In this document: one piece after another, positions 30,116 to 33,728 of the stretch | How the letters are laid out: each line of letters opens with the position of its first letter | How positions within the stretch are numbered: position 1 is the stretch's first letter | Assembly (NCBI GenBank): GCA_004296785.1 | Contig: SCVU01000203.1 | Span: forward strand, 1-33,728 | DNA: 33,728 bases | DNA from: Planctomycetota bacterium | GTDB taxonomy: Bacteria; Planctomycetota; UBA1135; GCA-002686595 | Direction: 5' to 3' | The notes under the pieces: generated by a model | The model's input: only the letters and a program-made list of their open reading frames with translations | What the model was told of the DNA's origin: nothing | The model's database searches: none | Program-made: the position numbers and the translations under genes

Positions 30116-30703
30116 TCAGGCGGTGTACGGCAGGTACGAGCCGTCGAGCAACCACTGGCCCTTCTCTTCCTGATACTTCGTGTTCTTGTCGACGAGGATC
30201 TGGCCGTCCTCCGCGAGCGTGACCTTGAAGCGCTCGAGCGGTCGCGGCGCGGGGCCTTCGACGTTGATGCCGGTCTTGATGAAGCCCGACCCGTGGCACG
30301 GGCACTTGAACTTCTCTTCCGCCGGCAGCCAGTTCGGCGTGCAGCCGAGGTGCGTGCAGACGGTCGAGAGCGCGAAGAACCCGCCCGCGTCGCGCACGAT
30401 CCACACCGCGTAGGAGGCCTTGAAGCGCTCGTCGACCGAGTCGACCGCGAACTCGGCCGGGAAGCCGATCTTGAACTCCTGCGGCGGCTCGTAGAGCACG
30501 TTCGGGAAGAGGAAGCGCGTCAGCGCGCCGATCTGCGCGAGCGCGCCGGCCGTGAAAACGGCCCAACCGACGCCGACGACGGACAGGAATCCGCGTCGCG
30601 ACACCTCGCCGCGCAGCGGGGCGCGGACGGCCTCGGGGGTGGACGGCGCCGGCGCTGCGGGCTCGCTCGGCTGGCCTGTGGTCTGATCCTTGGTCTCGGT
30701 CAC
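30116..30703 (-). CDS. Rieske [2Fe-2S] subunit with twin-arginine signal
   Basis: 195 aa. The Tat motif SRRGFLSVVGVG is followed by a TM helix. Cluster boxes are CTHLGC and CPCHGS. Confidence 0.9.
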   Translation of the reverse strand: MTETKDQTTGQPSEPAAPAPSTPEAVRAPLRGEVSRRGFLSVVGVGWAVFTAGALAQIGALTRFLFPNVLYEPPQEFKIGFPAEFAVDSVDERFKASYAVWIVRDAGGFFALSTVCTHLGCTPNWLPAEEKFKCPCHGSGFIKTGINVEGPAPRPLERFKVTLAEDGQILVDKNTKYQEEKGQWLLDGSYLPYTA

Positions 30704-30860
30704 GGTCGACTCCGGGGGACGGTCGCCCTGGCGCGCAGGGCGTCATGCAGGTCGGTCGGTGCGGGCGCGCCGCGCGAAGACCTGCTCGAAGTGCCGCAGA
30801 TGCTAGGGAAAAGGAAGCGTCGAATCGAGAGCAAGTCGGCGGTCCGCCCAGCCTCAACTC

Positions 30861-31853
30861 CTAGCGGCTGGGTGCGGCCGACAGGGCCCGGATCGCCGCC
30901 TCGCGCACCCCGAGGTCCGCGTCCGTGCGCGAGAGTTCCTCGATGCGCGCCCGGTGCGCCGGGTCGCCGAGGCGCAGCAGCGCCTCCAGCGCCTTGACAC
31001 GCGCCTGCGAGACGTCCCTGGCCTTCGCGAACTTGTGCGACTGGGCGGCGTGCGCCCGCTCGTAGGCGCCGGGCTCGAGCATCTCGACGAGGACGCCCGC
31101 GCCGGCCGCGTCGCCGAGGTGCGACAGCGAGATCGCGGCCTGTCCGCGCAGGTCGAGCTCGCTCGAGCCGAGCAACCCGCGCAGCGCGGCCGCCGACGCG
31201 TCGGACGGGTAGCGCTGCAGCGACATCGCCGCCGCGCGCACGAGCCCCGGGTCGCTGTGCTCGACGAAGCGCACGAGCAGTTCGTTCGCGCGCGCGCGCT
31301 GCGCCGCATCGAGCCGCTCGGCCAATGCGCCGAAGCTGCTCAGCAGCGTGAAGCGCACGAACCCCTTGGGATCGGCGGTGTCGGATGCATCGGCGAGCTG
31401 GACCAGCCGCTCGAATCCGCCCGGCTCGCCGAGCTCGAACAGCACGTTCGCGCACAGGTACGCCTGCTCGTACTGCTCCTCGTCGCGCAAGTCCGCCGAA
31501 TCGAATGCGGACGTCAGGCGCTCGCTGAACACGGGCGTGATCGCGAACGTGGCCGGTTCGCCGCGCGCGATCGCGTCCTTGCGCTCGAGAATCTGCCGCA
31601 CGAGGCCGAACGACGCCTGCTGGCGCTCGTTCTTGCCGCCGTCGAGCATCCGCGAGAGGTTCTCCTCGGGCGGCGCCTCCTTGCCCGAGACCGCGCCGAA
31701 CAGCACGAACACGACGACCAGCACGATGCCGATCAGCGCGGGCACGACGATCAGCGGCACCCACAGATTGCGGTACGGGCTCTGCGATTCGGCGCCGCCT
31801 TGGGATTCGGGCGGGACCGCGGGCGGAAGCTCGGAGGCGGCGGGCGTGGTCAT
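30861..31853 (-). CDS. HEAT-repeat protein with N-terminal transmembrane anchor
   Basis: 330 aa from MTTPAASELPP... The listed ORF 30861..33239 is an in-frame extension. TM helix LWVPLIVVPALIGIVLVVVFVLFGAV. C-terminal HEAT/PBS-lyase-like repeats (..LVRAAAMSLQRY.., ..LRGQAAISLSHLGDAAGAGVLVEML.., ..VKALEALLRLGDP.., ..GVREAAIRAL..). Confidence 0.65.
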   Translation of the reverse strand: MTTPAASELPPAVPPESQGGAESQSPYRNLWVPLIVVPALIGIVLVVVFVLFGAVSGKEAPPEENLSRMLDGGKNERQQASFGLVRQILERKDAIARGEPATFAITPVFSERLTSAFDSADLRDEEQYEQAYLCANVLFELGEPGGFERLVQLADASDTADPKGFVRFTLLSSFGALAERLDAAQRARANELLVRFVEHSDPGLVRAAAMSLQRYPSDASAAALRGLLGSSELDLRGQAAISLSHLGDAAGAGVLVEMLEPGAYERAHAAQSHKFAKARDVSQARVKALEALLRLGDPAHRARIEELSRTDADLGVREAAIRALSAAPSR

Positions 31854-31918
31854 CGGGGGGCGAGGCGCGCGGCTGGAGCGCGGCCTCGAAGCGCGGCACT
31901 GTAGCGCAGCGACGCGCT

Positions 31919-33103
31919 CTAGCGAAGCTGCGCCGGCCGGGGCAGCTCCCCCACCAGCGGCCGCGCGTACGCGAGGAACTTCGCGCTGACGTCGGGCCCC
32001 GCGGCGAGGAATTCCGCGGGCACCGGCTTCGTCACGTGCGCGACCTTCTCGAGCGCGACGAGGCCGCACTCGACGCGGTACGCCTTGCCCGGCGCGCGCT
32101 GCAGCGCGATCGAGCCGCTGCGCGCCGCGCCGTCCTTCGTCGAGCGCACCGCGAAGCGGCCGACCGCGCGCGCCTCGCGCGCATCGACGCGCGACACGCA
32201 GCCGTAGAAGCTGCGCTGCAGGTAGCCGAACGTGTCGGCGCGCACGCGCAGCTTCGCGCCCAGGCGCTGGCGCAGTTGTGCCGCGAGAAAATCGCCGAGC
32301 GTGCCGGAGCCGGACAGCACCGCGTTGCCGTGCGCGTCGACCTCCTTCGTCACCGCGACGGTCTTGCCGTCGGCGCCGCGCACGCCCTCCGACACCGCGA
32401 CGACGCAGCGGCCGAGCTCGGCGCGCACGCGCTCGACGTCGGCGGTGAACGCGTCGAGATCGAACGGCCGCTCGGGCACGTAGACGAGGTGCGGTCCGTC
32501 GCCGTCGCGGTGGCGCGCGAGCGCGCTCGCCGCGGTCAGCCAGCCCGCGTCGCGCCCCATGATCACGTCGATCTTCACGCCGGGCAGCGCGCGCGAATCG
32601 AGGTCGTCGCCCATCAGCGCGAGCGCGACGAAGCGCGCGGCCGAGCCGTAGCCCGGGCAGTGGTCGGTCTCGCACAGATCGTTGTCGATCGTCTTCGGCA
32701 CGTGGCGGACCTGCATGTCCCAGGTCGAGCGCTCGGCGACGAGCTCGAACAACTGCGCGGTCTCCGCCGAGTCGTTGCCGCCGATGTAGTAGAGCCAGCG
32801 CACGTCGTTGGCGCGGCAGAACTCGACGATGCGCGCGCACTCCTCCTCGGTCGGCTTCTTGCGCACCGAGCCGAGCGCGGCGCCCGGCTGCTTCGCGATC
32901 TCGGCGAGCAGCGCCGGCGGCTGCTTGTCCAGGCGCACGATCGAGTTCTCGAGCATCCCCTTCACGCCGTGGCGCGCGCCGAGCACGTGGCGCACGCGCG
33001 AATCCTTGCGCGCCTGCTCGACGACGCCGACCATCGACTGGTTGATCACGGCGGTCGGGCCGCCCGATTGACCGATCAGAACATTGCCCTTGGTTCTTGC
33101 CAT
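31919..33103 (-). CDS. Phosphofructokinase-family enzyme, probably PPi-dependent (Pfp-type)
   Basis: 394 aa from MARTKGNVLIGQSGGPTAVINQS, with AGGAG 9 nt upstream of the ATG at 33103. The listed ORF start at 33148 is further upstream. Motifs IGGNDS, PKTIDNDL and MGRDAGWL. Lys in PKTIDND, at the position that is Gly in ATP-dependent PfkA, favours PPi use. Confidence 0.85.
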   Translation of the reverse strand: MARTKGNVLIGQSGGPTAVINQSMVGVVEQARKDSRVRHVLGARHGVKGMLENSIVRLDKQPPALLAEIAKQPGAALGSVRKKPTEEECARIVEFCRANDVRWLYYIGGNDSAETAQLFELVAERSTWDMQVRHVPKTIDNDLCETDHCPGYGSAARFVALALMGDDLDSRALPGVKIDVIMGRDAGWLTAASALARHRDGDGPHLVYVPERPFDLDAFTADVERVRAELGRCVVAVSEGVRGADGKTVAVTKEVDAHGNAVLSGSGTLGDFLAAQLRQRLGAKLRVRADTFGYLQRSFYGCVSRVDAREARAVGRFAVRSTKDGAARSGSIALQRAPGKAYRVECGLVALEKVAHVTKPVPAEFLAAGPDVSAKFLAYARPLVGELPRPAQLR

Positions 33104-33132
33104 GGAGCGGCTCCTGGACCGAGCATGCGGTC

Positions 33133-33728
33133 GTGATCCGGGTCGCACAAGTCGGGTGCGCGGTGCTGCTCGCCGCCGCTGCGTTCGCGCAGGCCGAGAG
33201 CGCGGCGTCGCGGCCGGCGCCGCTGTTCGACGGTCGCACGCTCGGCGGTTGGCACGCGCTCGGCGATGCGCTCTACACGGTCGAGCCCGGCGAGTTGAAC
33301 CGCGCAGAGATCGTCGGCAAGGTCGGCGGCGGCGCGCAGAGCTTCCTCGTCAGCGACCGCGCGTTCGCGGACTTCGAGCTCGAGCTCGAACTGCGCAACG
33401 AAGCGCCCGGCAACTCCGGCGTGCAGTTGCGCAGCCACGTCAACGACAAGGGCCGGCTGTACGGCTACCAGATCGAGATCGATCCGAGCGTACGGGCGTG
33501 GTCGGGCGGTCTGTACGACGAGGCGCGGCGCGGTTGGCTCGACGATCTGTCGGACGACGAAGCGGCGCGCAAGGCGTTCAAGCCCGGCGCGTGGAATCGC
33601 TACCGCATCGTCTGCGACGGCCCGTGGATCCGCGCGTGGGTCAACGGCGTGCCGACGGCGGATCGGCTCGATCCGCTCGATCTCGAGGGGCACTTCGCGC
33701 TGCAGGTGCATTCCGGCAAGGACACGCA
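33133..33728 (+). CDS. Secreted DUF1080 (3-keto-disaccharide hydrolase-like, LamG fold) protein, 3'-partial
   Basis: It is absent from the ORF track because it runs off the window. From GTG 33133 it reads (M)IRVAQVGCAVLLAAAAFAQA (signal peptide), then PLFDGRTLGGWHALG.., ..FELELELRNEAPGNSGVQLRS.., ..YGYQIEIDPS..WSGGLYDE.., ..WNRYRIVCDGPWIRAWVNG.., the typical DUF1080 pattern. An in-frame TTG at 33097 is an alternative start. The antisense ORF 33076..33711 is Arg-rich junk. Confidence 0.75.
   Translation, partial: MIRVAQVGCAVLLAAAAFAQAESAASRPAPLFDGRTLGGWHALGDALYTVEPGELNRAEIVGKVGGGAQSFLVSDRAFADFELELELRNEAPGNSGVQLRSHVNDKGRLYGYQIEIDPSVRAWSGGLYDEARRGWLDDLSDDEAARKAFKPGAWNRYRIVCDGPWIRAWVNGVPTADRLDPLDLEGHFALQVHSGKDT

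Noticed and set aside
33076-33711. ORF 33076..33711 (-, 211 aa)
   Set aside because: It is an Arg/Ala-rich translation antisense to a frame with a clear DUF1080 pattern and signal peptide.

Overview
High-GC (about 70%) bacterial contig fragment, probably from a short-read (meta)genome assembly, because bases 1-13 are an Illumina adapter tail. I support 21 protein-coding genes and found no rRNA, tRNA, CRISPR array, transposase or integrase. (1) nt 1-23386 is mostly a secretome island. It holds four tandem or near-tandem paralogue pairs of Sec-signal-bearing proteins: two matrixin-type metzincins, two six-bladed Ca-loop propeller-like proteins, two large multidomain M28 aminopeptidases (ATGA start/stop overlap) and two 750-aa repeat proteins. 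Seven of the eight end in what looks by eye like the same 105-133 aa C-terminal module, which I flag as a candidate uncharacterised sorting/secretion tag. The eighth (matrixin-2) ends in a Gly-Cys + TM helix + basic-cluster anchor instead. Also in this part are a stand-alone PolB-like 3'-5' exonuclease, an HDOD protein, a 94-aa ORF, and a c-di-GMP enzyme (PAS-GGDEF-EAL) whose membrane N-terminus aligns with the plant ETR1 ethylene-binding domain, including the Cu-ligand Cys/His. This gene is preceded by a 685-bp structured intergenic region containing a strong SD with a 12-codon mini-ORF, a nested hairpin and two tandemly duplicated terminator-like hairpins. (2) nt 23471-30703 (minus strand) is a Rieske / split cytochrome b (b6-like + long subunit-IV-like) operon. 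It also encodes a 1210-aa membrane-anchored octahaem cytochrome c and a type-1-copper cupredoxin. (3) The window ends with a HEAT-repeat membrane protein, a PPi-type phosphofructokinase and a 3'-partial DUF1080 protein. Most long ORFs in the supplied track are Arg/Ala-rich antisense or out-of-frame artefacts of the high GC content. All homology statements are by-eye motif and pattern recognition, with no searches run.
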